Below are positions 46,101 to 55,229 of a stretch of 64,000 bases of DNA, one piece after another. A program made the position numbers and the translations under genes. This DNA comes from a virus. A model generated the notes under the pieces. That model was not told the DNA's origin and made no database searches. It worked only from the letters and a program-made list of their open reading frames with translations. The DNA is taken from positions 49,199 through 113,198 of the IMG/VR virus record IMGVR_UViG_3300025093_000011, one strand, 5' to 3'. How positions within the stretch are numbered: position 1 is the first letter of the stretch; the number at the start of each line of letters is the position of its first letter.

Positions 46101-47090
46101 TTAAATGCATAACTCTTTTAATAAAGGTAATAAAGTTTCTCTAGTTTTAGTAAGACCATGTGCTTTTATAGAGTCAGATAAATCTTTCTCCATATTTAAA
46201 ATTACATAATCAAAACCGTATTTCTCTTTATACTTTTTCATAGATGTGATACCTGCTTCATCATTGTCAAATAAAACAAATACTTTTTCATACTTTGATA
46301 TTATACCTTTAAGCATGCTCTCTGGTATTAAAGTATTCTCACTGTCAGGAGCAATTGATTCTGCATCACTTAACTTAAGCCTGTTAAAGGCCATTAAGTC
46401 TTTTAATGAAGATGTAATCACAAGATATTTCTTATCATATTTTAATTGTTCAGATCCTTGTATATAATTTTTAATCTTTATAAACTTCTTTTTAGAAACT
46501 TTAGGTTGATAAATTTTATATATAGAGCCATCATTTTTAAAATATCCGTATATACTGAAACCTTTAATAGTTATTGACTTTTCAATAATACCTTCTTCAT
46601 TCTTCTTTTCCATCTTATAATACTCCAAAGGAGCTACATTATATTTCTCAAGAAGTCTAGAACCAATATTAAACTTAGTCCAATACTTCTGATCAATTGT
46701 AGTCCAATGTCTAATCTCATAATCAGTAACTTTATACTTACTATAAGACTTATATTGTATTATAGGATTATGACCATTATTTAAGATATGCTCATTATAA
46801 TCAGCCATCAACTTTATTACTGCTTCTCCACGAGATTTTAAGTCAAAAACTATTTTTACAAGTTCTAAAGAATCTCCATATAATCCCGAAGAGAAATCTT
46901 TAAACTTATATATACCTTTATTTACGTCAAAATAAATAAACATTGAAGGAGTTTTCTCTCTTGTGTTTATTATAGATCTTATCTTTACATCTTGACCATC
47001 AAGGTTCTCAGATAGTCCTAAATAATGTTCAAAAGGCCAACCTGCAGGTATATCATTTAAATCAGAAATTAAGTTTTTTGTTGAAATCAT
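46101..47090 (-). CDS. DNA primase (Toprim domain)
   Basis: REKTPSM...FKDFSSG N-terminal region; VLFDNDEAG Toprim DxD; KDLSD. Confidence 0.8.
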   Translation of the reverse strand: MISTKNLISDLNDIPAGWPFEHYLGLSENLDGQDVKIRSIINTREKTPSMFIYFDVNKGIYKFKDFSSGLYGDSLELVKIVFDLKSRGEAVIKLMADYNEHILNNGHNPIIQYKSYSKYKVTDYEIRHWTTIDQKYWTKFNIGSRLLEKYNVAPLEYYKMEKKNEEGIIEKSITIKGFSIYGYFKNDGSIYKIYQPKVSKKKFIKIKNYIQGSEQLKYDKKYLVITSSLKDLMAFNRLKLSDAESIAPDSENTLIPESMLKGIISKYEKVFVLFDNDEAGITSMKKYKEKYGFDYVILNMEKDLSDSIKAHGLTKTRETLLPLLKELCI

Positions 47091-47107
47091 AATGTTTAAT
47101 TTAAAAT

Positions 47108-47141
47108 AAAAAAGGGGAAGACTTATTTTATGCTTCCCCTT
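47108..47141 (-). terminator. Intrinsic terminator
   Basis: AAGGGGAAG...CTTCCCCTT hairpin with a U-tract on the - strand, after the stop at 47150. Confidence 0.65.
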
Positions 47142-47149
47142 GTAACCAA

Positions 47150-47833
47150 TTAATCTAAATTAAAATCAGAAGAAGTCTTCATAGGGATTGATAAGTCATC
47201 ATCACTTTCAAAAGAATTTACAGGTTTATTTTCAATTTTTCTGAGATGTTTTTCTTCATTATATTTTATAATGTTCTCTTCACTCTTGTTAAAACCATAT
47301 TTTTTATTTTCAACTTTAGCAAACCAACAGTCATATGCTATATAACCTGATTTGTTTTCATATTCTTTACCTGCAACGCAAGTATGTATATATTTATCTT
47401 GATAAGGTGCATCATCATTGAAAGCTTTTATAAAGTCTTCAATTGTTTCATGCTTCTTATCTTGAGCTTGGAACCAATCAGAAATCTCAAGAGCATCAGA
47501 CATGTTCTTTAAGAACATCATAATAGCATTATCTCTATTAATTTTAATACCTGATTTAGTTTCACCATCAGCAAATGCATACTGACTTGCTTTTACTCTA
47601 CCTATTTGACCTTTAAATCTACCTTTAGATTCATCATTTCTGTCAATCATAAAACCTTCAAAATCATCAATAGGTTCTGTTTCCATTTCTAACATAATAT
47701 AATATGCATTATCAATAAACTTGAAAGGTTCCAATCTCATACTGTTCATTTTCAGTTTATGATTACCTGGAGCAATTGTCTTAGGCATTGATGATCCACT
47801 ACTTGTTGTCAAATTTGTTGTACTTAAAGCCAT
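47150..47833 (-). CDS. Putative single-stranded DNA-binding protein
   Basis: Follows the Sak4-like gene; beta-rich body and acidic tail ending SSDFNLD. Confidence 0.5.
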   Translation of the reverse strand: MALSTTNLTTSSGSSMPKTIAPGNHKLKMNSMRLEPFKFIDNAYYIMLEMETEPIDDFEGFMIDRNDESKGRFKGQIGRVKASQYAFADGETKSGIKINRDNAIMMFLKNMSDALEISDWFQAQDKKHETIEDFIKAFNDDAPYQDKYIHTCVAGKEYENKSGYIAYDCWFAKVENKKYGFNKSEENIIKYNEEKHLRKIENKPVNSFESDDDLSIPMKTSSDFNLD

Positions 47834-47863
47834 TTTTTTTACTTTTTTTAATTAATAATTGAT

Positions 47864-48589
47864 TTATTTATATATTTTATTCCAGTGAGTTTTTATCTCA
47901 CCTTTTTCATTCATTTCAGAAATTACTATTTCTTCATTTCTTAGGTGTTCAGGTCTAGCCCCGCAGGTAACAGCATCATTATTCTTGAAACTAAGAATAG
48001 TTTTGTTACCTTTTCTATACATATATCCTATAGCATCTGCATTAGCACAGATAAGAGATTTTATCTTACCAGTTAAGTCAATATTAGCAGACATAACCAT
48101 CTCTCCTGTATCATCAACTACCTTATCTTTTATGTGTCCAGATAAAATAATATGGGGTGCTAATGTATCAATAAAATCTAAAACTTGAAAAAATGCTTGC
48201 CTAATATACAAATATCCTGCACCATTTGGTAAAGTTATTACATCATTTCCTTGATAATTTTTCCCCATAGATGTCTGTTTGTATAATTTTACAGCTAATG
48301 GTTTAACCATTTCTTCTAATGCTGTTACAGTATCTATAGTTACACAATTATAAGGTTTTCCTTGTTCTTTGATTTCTTTTCCTGCATTTAATAAATCTTG
48401 AAGATTATCAACTTTTATTTTCAATGCTTCCACATACTCTGAACCATTTTCTAAATCTATAATAAGATTATTATCTAGTCCTGCATATGCAGTTGTCTTA
48501 CCTGTCTTAGGCTTACTGTAAATAATTAATCTCTTAGGATTAACTCTTTCAGCTTTTACTTTTTTTGTTGGTAAAGTGATTGTATTCAT
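47864..48589 (-). CDS. Sak4-like/AAA_24 ATPase (recombination)
   Basis: YSKPKTGKTT, IIDLENGS, IDTVTALEE, NGAGY, ADAIGY. Confidence 0.8.
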   Translation of the reverse strand: MNTITLPTKKVKAERVNPKRLIIYSKPKTGKTTAYAGLDNNLIIDLENGSEYVEALKIKVDNLQDLLNAGKEIKEQGKPYNCVTIDTVTALEEMVKPLAVKLYKQTSMGKNYQGNDVITLPNGAGYLYIRQAFFQVLDFIDTLAPHIILSGHIKDKVVDDTGEMVMSANIDLTGKIKSLICANADAIGYMYRKGNKTILSFKNNDAVTCGARPEHLRNEEIVISEMNEKGEIKTHWNKIYK

Positions 48590-49161
48590 ATTTTCTTTTC
48601 TATTTTTTCTAATGCTGATGCTATTCTATCCAAAGTATTTAACCACTCTGGAAAGTTCTTCATCTCTTCTTCAGGTTTAACTTCTTCTTCTTTTTTCTTC
48701 AATCCTACATTAAGATATTCTTCAGCAAAATTTGGAAAATCAGCAGGTTTAGTTTCTACTTGTGGATTCTTTAGTTGTTCTTGATATTCATTATATGGTA
48801 CTTCTTTACCATCCGGTTTAACTGCAACTAAATTCTCTAATCCAACAAGATAAACTCCATACTCTCTTCCATCTTTTGTTCTTTTCTCTTCAAAAGGATA
48901 TTCTTCTTTATAAAACGGATTATGTTTTAATTTATACAAGGTGTGTGTAGGATCTTCTGACTTACCTTTAAAGTCACTAAACTCTGTATAGATATCTACA
49001 TCTCTTTCAAATTCACTTGGAAAGATTTGTAATCTAAGCTCTTCACCTGGAGGAGCCCATGCAGATTTAGCAACAAAGAAAGGGTCAATTATTCCTAACT
49101 TTTGAAATGTAGGCAAGTGAGTTGCCATAAGAATCTTTTGATTCTCTTGTCTTTCTGTCAT
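48586..49161 (-). CDS. Hypothetical protein
   Basis: 191 aa, with 4-nt overlaps with both neighbours. Confidence 0.7.
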   Translation of the reverse strand: MTERQENQKILMATHLPTFQKLGIIDPFFVAKSAWAPPGEELRLQIFPSEFERDVDIYTEFSDFKGKSEDPTHTLYKLKHNPFYKEEYPFEEKRTKDGREYGVYLVGLENLVAVKPDGKEVPYNEYQEQLKNPQVETKPADFPNFAEEYLNVGLKKKEEEVKPEEEMKNFPEWLNTLDRIASALEKIEKKI

Positions 49162-50171
49162 ACTCTAATTTTTGAATTTTGATTCATACTGTTACTAGGT
49201 GTATTCAATTCTACTATTCTTATAGTATCTCTATCTAACTTAAAGAAACTCATTCTAGTATCTCCATTTCTACATTTTAAGAAATGAAATACAAGAGTAT
49301 CTGGGTCAGTGATTTGAAACTTTTCCGGGCCATAAAATCTAATCTTTTTAGCAGCAGGTTTATTAATACCTAATACTATATCAGCATGTTGTAATAATGC
49401 ATCTGCACCAAACAAATCAGAATCAAGTACATAGTTTCCATATGTACCTTCTACAGCTCTTTTAGGGTCATCAATATTTCTATTTAATTGACTTAATACA
49501 ATAAATGATAAAGGATAACTCCTCTTCATATATGTTAAAGCCTCACCTAAATTATATAACATTTCAAATCTATCCTTCTCATGTTTAGCTCTTTTAAATA
49601 AAGCTGAGTGATCTACTGTTACTAGTAGTTTTGGATACACTTTTTTGTCATTTATAATTTTAAAATTTTGGTCAAAGTGATAATGTATACTTGCACAAAA
49701 TTCATCTACAGTACATGGTCTATATATACTATGTACTTTGTTATTAGCACTTAAATTACTAACATATTGTTTACATTTTTCATAGACAGCTTCATCAAGT
49801 GGTGTATACTTACTATGTAATACACCATAGTCTTGCTGAGTTACTTGAGAAAATGCTCTCATACCAAGTGTCTTTTCAGGCATTTCAAATTGAAATTGCA
49901 ATACTTGAAAATCCTGGTCTTGATTTAGAGCCATAACTTCTGTAACTAATTGCTCCATAAACAAAGTCTTACCTACACCGGGTCTAGCTCCAACTACAGT
50001 TAGAGTATTCCACTCTAAACCATTTAGTGTAGCATCATTAAACTTTGGCCATGCTGTTTTTAAACTCTTGACTCTACCATCCATTCTAGCTCTCATTTCC
50101 ATAAGAGCTTTTTCATAAGCACGAACTTTACTAATAGCCTTTAAAGGCTTTGCATTATTAAACTGTTCCAA
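49158..50171 (-). CDS. dnaB: DnaB-like replicative helicase (C-terminal RecA-like domain only; TTG start)
   Basis: GARPGVGKT, FEM, VDH, LSQLNR, KCRNG. Confidence 0.88.
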   Translation of the reverse strand: MEQFNNAKPLKAISKVRAYEKALMEMRARMDGRVKSLKTAWPKFNDATLNGLEWNTLTVVGARPGVGKTLFMEQLVTEVMALNQDQDFQVLQFQFEMPEKTLGMRAFSQVTQQDYGVLHSKYTPLDEAVYEKCKQYVSNLSANNKVHSIYRPCTVDEFCASIHYHFDQNFKIINDKKVYPKLLVTVDHSALFKRAKHEKDRFEMLYNLGEALTYMKRSYPLSFIVLSQLNRNIDDPKRAVEGTYGNYVLDSDLFGADALLQHADIVLGINKPAAKKIRFYGPEKFQITDPDTLVFHFLKCRNGDTRMSFFKLDRDTIRIVELNTPSNSMNQNSKIRV

Positions 50172-50173
50172 AC

Positions 50174-50764
50174 TTAAACTATTTTTTCTCTAAAGATTTC
50201 TTCTACAGTATCTTCTCCATTAAGATATTGTTCACAAAAGTTTGCAAGATCAGATTCAAAAGTTTTATCTGAGTTGTTTTGTTTTCTAATAAAATACTGT
50301 GATGTTCTCATATATTCATAGTTTTTAAGTTGGTATTCTTCTACATAGAGTTTTGTAGCACTCATAATAGTATCCCAACTATAATCATAATTTTCAAAAA
50401 ACCATCTAAATGCAGTTTCTAAATTCTTAGCATTAGTTCTTGCATATTTACCACTACCAAGTTTCTTAGCAGGAAATACTTCATTATACATTTTAATACG
50501 TAATGTAAAGTTATCTCCAAGTAAATCTTTAGATGTTTTCTTTTTACTTTTTCTAAAGAAAGAGTTTAATTCTTCTAATAAGATAATGCTCTTTCCTGTT
50601 AATTCCAAATCATTCTTTATCCAATCATTTGCTTTTAATTTCTGAATTTCTAAGCTAGCACTAACAAGCTTATTTACAGAAATTTTATTTTGTATACAGT
50701 GTAAAACGTAAAGTGAATTAGGGGTTAGACTTTCTTTAATAAGTCTATTAAATATCTCATTCAT
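50174..50764 (-). CDS. Hypothetical protein, possibly a replication initiator/helicase loader
   Basis: 196 aa immediately upstream of the helicase. Confidence 0.6.
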   Translation of the reverse strand: MNEIFNRLIKESLTPNSLYVLHCIQNKISVNKLVSASLEIQKLKANDWIKNDLELTGKSIILLEELNSFFRKSKKKTSKDLLGDNFTLRIKMYNEVFPAKKLGSGKYARTNAKNLETAFRWFFENYDYSWDTIMSATKLYVEEYQLKNYEYMRTSQYFIRKQNNSDKTFESDLANFCEQYLNGEDTVEEIFREKIV

Positions 50765-50765
50765 T

Positions 50766-51479
50766 TTACCAAGTTAATGATAAATTATTATTTTCCAATA
50801 AAATTTTATTAGTTTTATTAAAGACATCATTACAATCCCACTTTTGACCTTTATTATATACAGCACTTGCTGGATGATTAACCATAAATTTATAGCTAGT
50901 ATCATTAACACACTCAGCCCAATCTTGGGCTTGCTTACCCATGTATATATAGATAAGTCCTGGATTATGCCAAGTTAACCAATCAAATACATATGCTAAG
51001 AAAGGTTTCCATATAGGAATATGTTGTCCTACTTTACCTACAGTAGTTGTAAGTGCAGTATTCAGTAATAATATTCCTTGATTAGACCATCTCTTAAGAT
51101 CTGGATCATGTGACTGACCAACACCATCATATACAGTTCTGTTAACTTCATCTAATATGAACTTCAAACTTGGTTGTTGCTTCATTGTATTACTACAACT
51201 AAATGCAATACCATCTGCTACTCCTAATTTAGGGTATGGATCTTGTCCTACTATAACAACTTTTAATTCATCATATGGACATTCTTCAAATGCTCTAAAT
51301 AATTGTCTAAGTGTAGGAGTAAATCTTTGATTATCTTTTGAATTCTTAATTAAATGTTTAATTATATTTTCAAAATCACTGCTAAATATAAAAGATTTAA
51401 GTATTCTAGACCAACCTGATGACTCTAGATTTTTAAATATTTTTTGTTTAATTTCATTAATATCAATTGTTTTAGTCAT
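50766..51479 (-). CDS. ung: Uracil-DNA glycosylase (family 1)
   Basis: VVIVGQDPYP, GIAFS, PSL, QGILLLNTALT, HPAS. Start placed at ATG 51479 (MTKTIDI). Confidence 0.9.
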   Translation of the reverse strand: MTKTIDINEIKQKIFKNLESSGWSRILKSFIFSSDFENIIKHLIKNSKDNQRFTPTLRQLFRAFEECPYDELKVVIVGQDPYPKLGVADGIAFSCSNTMKQQPSLKFILDEVNRTVYDGVGQSHDPDLKRWSNQGILLLNTALTTTVGKVGQHIPIWKPFLAYVFDWLTWHNPGLIYIYMGKQAQDWAECVNDTSYKFMVNHPASAVYNKGQKWDCNDVFNKTNKILLENNNLSLTW

Positions 51480-51495
51480 TTTTTTCTTAAGTTTG
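51467..51495 (+). promoter_or_regulatory. Bacteroidota housekeeping-type promoter (TTG-N18-TAAGTTTG)
   Basis: TAAGTTTG at 51488-51495 matches the TAnnTTTG -7 element, 15 nt before the ATG at 51511. Confidence 0.5.
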
Positions 51496-51510
51496 TAAAA
51501 ATTAATAATT

Positions 51511-51855
51511 ATGAATAAAGAAGATTTAAAAAACAAAGTTATTAAAGATGATGCTTTAATTGACATTCAAGTTAATAAAACTTATTACATGATGTGCAAA
51601 GCTTCTTTATTTACTTTATTTAAAAATATTCATTCTCAATCTACAGAAAATGCTGAAGAGTTCATCAAAGAAGTTACTTCTAAAGGTTATGAAAACCTTG
51701 ATGAAACACAAAGAATATTCTATACTTTAACATTATTAGTAGGTGAAATAGAAAAGCAAGCTTTTAATAATAATCTTTTTGTAGATAAAAAAGATAATGA
51801 AAAAATTAAAGAAACTTTAGAAGAAGATTCTAAGGACAAATCTAGTGAAGATTAA
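51511..51855 (+). CDS. Hypothetical protein; the only + strand gene in the early/middle block
   Basis: 114 aa, fills the gap between - strand genes, with a promoter-like element upstream. Confidence 0.7.
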   Translation: MNKEDLKNKVIKDDALIDIQVNKTYYMMCKASLFTLFKNIHSQSTENAEEFIKEVTSKGYENLDETQRIFYTLTLLVGEIEKQAFNNNLFVDKKDNEKIKETLEEDSKDKSSED

Positions 51856-52204
51856 GTCCATAGAATTCTCCTATTTCTATACAAGTTTGAATAACACTAC
51901 TTAATTCTGTTTTTGAACAATCAGCAAATGATTTAACATTATTATTTATAACCAATCCTGATTTACCTTTTACCAATGTTTTCATGTCATCAAAGCTATA
52001 ACCTATGTCATTAGCTAACTCACGAATACATTTATGTATTTTTGCAATTTGTGCATTACTACCTTTTTCTTCAGAGATAGACATAAATACTTCTACCTCT
52101 TGACCATCACCAAGTTGTTCTAAAAAAACTTTATATGCTGTTTTAGTTTTTTCATCTGGACATACTAATTTACCATCAGTATATACCAGCTTATGAGTAA
52201 ACAT
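51842..52204 (-). CDS. NinB/YbcN-like protein
   Basis: SNAQIAKIH..IRELA...GY...MK...SFADCSKTELS pattern. Confidence 0.5.
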   Translation of the reverse strand: MFTHKLVYTDGKLVCPDEKTKTAYKVFLEQLGDGQEVEVFMSISEEKGSNAQIAKIHKCIRELANDIGYSFDDMKTLVKGKSGLVINNNVKSFADCSKTELSSVIQTCIEIGEFYGLNLH

Positions 52205-52206
52205 AC

Positions 52207-52458
52207 TCAAGACTTCCAGGATTTTGCTAAAGATGCTAAACTTTCAATAGATTCAGCATCTTTTATTTTAGCATGAGGCCATTCATGGTTCATAACATAC
52301 CAAGTGCCATCTTCTACTTCATCATCAGCAATTGATGTCAAAGACAGTCCTTCTATTATATCTACAACATAGTAGTAATAGTCATAACCATTACCACTTT
52401 CTTCATCCTTAACTATAATTTTCTTAAAGCCAAGGTCAATTAATTCTTGTTCTGTCAT
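52207..52458 (-). CDS. Hypothetical protein
   Basis: 83 aa, coupled to its neighbours. Confidence 0.65.
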   Translation of the reverse strand: MTEQELIDLGFKKIIVKDEESGNGYDYYYYVVDIIEGLSLTSIADDEVEDGTWYVMNHEWPHAKIKDAESIESLASLAKSWKS

Positions 52459-52862
52459 GCTACTTTAACTTTATAATCTTTAAAAATATCTGCATTAAGT
52501 ATTTTATGCTCATAGTCTTTAACAACATTATCATAAGCTTCATTTTCAGGATGGTATTCACCAAATCTTTTAATTCTTTCTTTTCTAAATGTGTTAATTG
52601 CTAAAGCAGCCACAAAAGTATTCTCTTTATCTATAGATTCAAAGAGTTTTATCATACTTTCTATTTGTTCTTTTTTAACTATACCTAAATAATTTAATAG
52701 TTGGAGTTCTGCAAAGAACATAAAAGGTTTATAAGTACCTTTCTTTACTCCATTTTTATACATCCACCATAAATAATGCATGTTACCTGCATTTCCGTTT
52801 TCACATATACTATGGTGTTCATCAATAATTTTAGTTACTAAATTCTTTATTTTCCTCTCCAT
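52455..52862 (-). CDS. Hypothetical protein
   Basis: 135 aa, carries an S-x-D-x-EN motif. Confidence 0.65.
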   Translation of the reverse strand: MERKIKNLVTKIIDEHHSICENGNAGNMHYLWWMYKNGVKKGTYKPFMFFAELQLLNYLGIVKKEQIESMIKLFESIDKENTFVAALAINTFRKERIKRFGEYHPENEAYDNVVKDYEHKILNADIFKDYKVKVA

Positions 52863-53155
52863 TCTTTTAATAGTGTTCTAACTCTTTTTCCGAGTTCATA
52901 ATCATTAGGTGTATCTTCAGCCATGTTCTCCATCTCTTTTATAACTGCAATAGCTCTAATCTTTGCAGTTTGTCTTGCTCTAGTGTTCTCATAAACAGAG
53001 TCTTTAACTTGTCTGTGTCCATTCAAGTCTACTTTTTTTGCCATCTTTCTAATATTTTTTAAGTTTAATATTCTTGTATACAAATTTAAATTAAAATTAT
53101 CCCAATAAGTTACTATATTTTCTTTTTTACTTTTTTTCATCTTTGGATCTATCAT
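52847..53155 (-). CDS. Hypothetical protein (start uncertain)
   Basis: 102-aa ORF with several internal ATGs. Confidence 0.5.
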   Translation of the reverse strand: MIDPKMKKSKKENIVTYWDNFNLNLYTRILNLKNIRKMAKKVDLNGHRQVKDSVYENTRARQTAKIRAIAVIKEMENMAEDTPNDYELGKRVRTLLKEWRGK

Positions 53156-53234
53156 TGTGGTTTAAATCAAAAACAATAATCCATGCTAATGGAATTAGTA
53201 TTAAAAATGCTACCGATAATATAATTACTGCCAC
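53127..53234 (-). CDS. Small membrane peptide, 35 aa (MAVIILSVAFLILIPLAWIIVF...), absent from the ORF track
   Basis: GTG at 53234, 1 nt after the upstream stop; a single hydrophobic helix. Confidence 0.4.
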   Translation of the reverse strand: MAVIILSVAFLILIPLAWIIVFDLNHNDRSKDEKK

Positions 53235-53235
53235 T

Positions 53236-53628
53236 TTAATCTGTTCTATATCTGTTATACAATTCTTGTAAAATTCTAGAGCCTCCTGGTTGAAACTCTA
53301 TTTCACCTAAAATAGATGAAAATAGTTGATTTTCTTCTGTAACCTCATCTAACTCCTTTTGACAAAGTTCTAAATTAACTTCAGCTAACATAGTTCTTCT
53401 TTGAAGTTTTCCTAATTCTGTATTTGTGTCACCAATACAAGGAAAGGCAAAATGATGTTTAATTTCATCAATTTGAAGACCACTATCTGCTGTAATAACA
53501 TACTGATATCCATTTATTGTATCTTTATAAATAAATGTTTTTTTACTTACAGAATCAGAAGTTGATTCTTTACATCCTATCAACACTAATAAGATAACTA
53601 AAAATTTTAAAAGTTTAAACTTATTCAT
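53236..53628 (-). CDS. Putative lipoprotein
   Basis: MNKFKLLKFLVILLVLIG-C: signal peptide and lipobox. Confidence 0.65.
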   Translation of the reverse strand: MNKFKLLKFLVILLVLIGCKESTSDSVSKKTFIYKDTINGYQYVITADSGLQIDEIKHHFAFPCIGDTNTELGKLQRRTMLAEVNLELCQKELDEVTEENQLFSSILGEIEFQPGGSRILQELYNRYRTD

Positions 53629-53636
53629 AACATTTT

Positions 53637-53825
53637 TTATTTTTCTGAATTTTTATAATCTAAAATGAATCCTATTAATACAATCAAATTCATACCAACT
53701 GATGCTAATATTTCATGTACATCTTCATAAATATTAGTTGATAGATGCACATGTCCTATTATCCAAAATGGAATAGCCAAGTTCTGACTGACCCATATTA
53801 AAGTGAATTTAATAAAATTTTTCAT
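53637..53825 (-). CDS. Small membrane protein (2 TM)
   Basis: 62 aa with two hydrophobic stretches. Confidence 0.6.
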   Translation of the reverse strand: MKNFIKFTLIWVSQNLAIPFWIIGHVHLSTNIYEDVHEILASVGMNLIVLIGFILDYKNSEK

Positions 53826-53826
53826 T

Positions 53827-54669
53827 TTAAAATATATATCTAATTGTATCTAAATCAAAGTACTGTGAGTAAAGTTCTTTAAACTCTTCAAGTAACCTTG
53901 TTTTGTGTTTAAGAGGATATCTCATTACACCTGATTTATTTTTAATCTCATAGCTCAGACTCATTAATTCTTTAGCTTGCCTGGAAGATCTTTTCATCTG
54001 ATTAGCATGATTAGTTAATGCAATTACCTCACATTTATTTTCTCCTGCTATATCTTTAACCATCTTAAACAACTCTCTGTAGTCTTCTTTCCATTTTTTA
54101 TAGAAAATAAGAGGACTATAATTAACGTGCACTTCCCACCCAAGGTTCTTAAGTCTATTAATCTCAGGTATTCTATCTGCAACCTTCTGCATCTTAGGTT
54201 CTAATACATCTGCAAATCTTTGTGGCATTAGACTAACTCTTACCCTTGGCTTTTTGTTAAACTTTTTAACATCAAGTTTCAACAAACTAGGATACTTAGT
54301 TGCCATAGTGCTATTAAGCTGCGGATGATTATCATATCTCTTAAGATAATCTATCAAAGGTTCAGGTAAATGTTTTTGCATTAGTACTAAATCACTATTA
54401 CATGCAATATCTACCATAGTATATATAGGATCCTGTTGATCAGGGACTTTGGTAAAACCTTTCTCCCATTCTACAACAGAATTAAATATATCATCTACAT
54501 TCTCATTAACAAAAACTCTCTTACCATTGTACCTAGACATATAACAATAGGTATCTACACAACCACCAAAACATCCATAGATAAGATTTGGTGCTATGCA
54601 GTTAGCACTATTGTTATTGTCTTTTGTAACTAAGGTCTTTGTTTTCTGAACTTTAATTACCCCACTCAT
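53827..54669 (-). CDS. Radical SAM protein, spore photoproduct lyase (SplB)-like
   Basis: GCFGGCVDTYCY Cys cluster, D..CNSD, ATKY, RVRVSLMP, NYSP, MRY. Confidence 0.7.
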   Translation of the reverse strand: MSGVIKVQKTKTLVTKDNNNSANCIAPNLIYGCFGGCVDTYCYMSRYNGKRVFVNENVDDIFNSVVEWEKGFTKVPDQQDPIYTMVDIACNSDLVLMQKHLPEPLIDYLKRYDNHPQLNSTMATKYPSLLKLDVKKFNKKPRVRVSLMPQRFADVLEPKMQKVADRIPEINRLKNLGWEVHVNYSPLIFYKKWKEDYRELFKMVKDIAGENKCEVIALTNHANQMKRSSRQAKELMSLSYEIKNKSGVMRYPLKHKTRLLEEFKELYSQYFDLDTIRYIF

Positions 54670-54680
54670 TATTTACATAA

Positions 54681-54938
54681 TTAAAAGGGGGCACCCGGAC
54701 TCCACTCTGCTGGACTGTTGGAACCCTTCTCATCTTTTTTAATTCTCTTGTTCTTCTCTGCCTTCCATGCATGAGGGTTATCCGTTTTCTTAAGTTTCTC
54801 AATCTCAAACTCATATAATCTCCAATTATAAATTTCTAATTCTTTCATTCTTGCAACATCTGCTATAGTCATTTCTGTAGGTATTTCACCATCATTATGT
54901 CTACGGATGTCCATAAATATTTCTTTCATTCTACCCAT
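54681..54938 (-). CDS. Hypothetical protein
   Basis: 85-aa ORF in the operon. Confidence 0.6.
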   Translation of the reverse strand: MGRMKEIFMDIRRHNDGEIPTEMTIADVARMKELEIYNWRLYEFEIEKLKKTDNPHAWKAEKNKRIKKDEKGSNSPAEWSPGAPF

Positions 54939-55224
54939 TGTCCCAATCTTTTAGTTTAATGTGAACTTCATGTCTGTAATCTATTGAACCTTCTATTCTC
55001 TTACATGCATGATGAGAAACAGTTTCAAATAGTTTTTCTCCTTCTTCATCTTTTAATAAGTCAAGGACATCCCAATGAAATACATCATCAGTAATATAAT
55101 CAAGGACCATAAATCTTGCTCCTTTTCTAGCACCTTCTTTCATTTGCTCATAGCATTTGTCAGCTGCATCTCTAAGTCTTCTTTCTCTAAGTTCTTTTCT
55201 AATGTTTAATCTTGGATATGCCAT
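54931..55224 (-). CDS. Hypothetical protein
   Basis: 97-aa ORF in the operon. Confidence 0.6.
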   Translation of the reverse strand: MAYPRLNIRKELRERRLRDAADKCYEQMKEGARKGARFMVLDYITDDVFHWDVLDLLKDEEGEKLFETVSHHACKRIEGSIDYRHEVHIKLKDWDNG

Positions 55225-55229
55225 AATAA

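Noticed and set aside
51480-51566. N-terminal extension of UDG in the ORF track
   Set aside because: It overlaps the divergent gene and its promoter; ATG 51479 has a typical A-rich leader.
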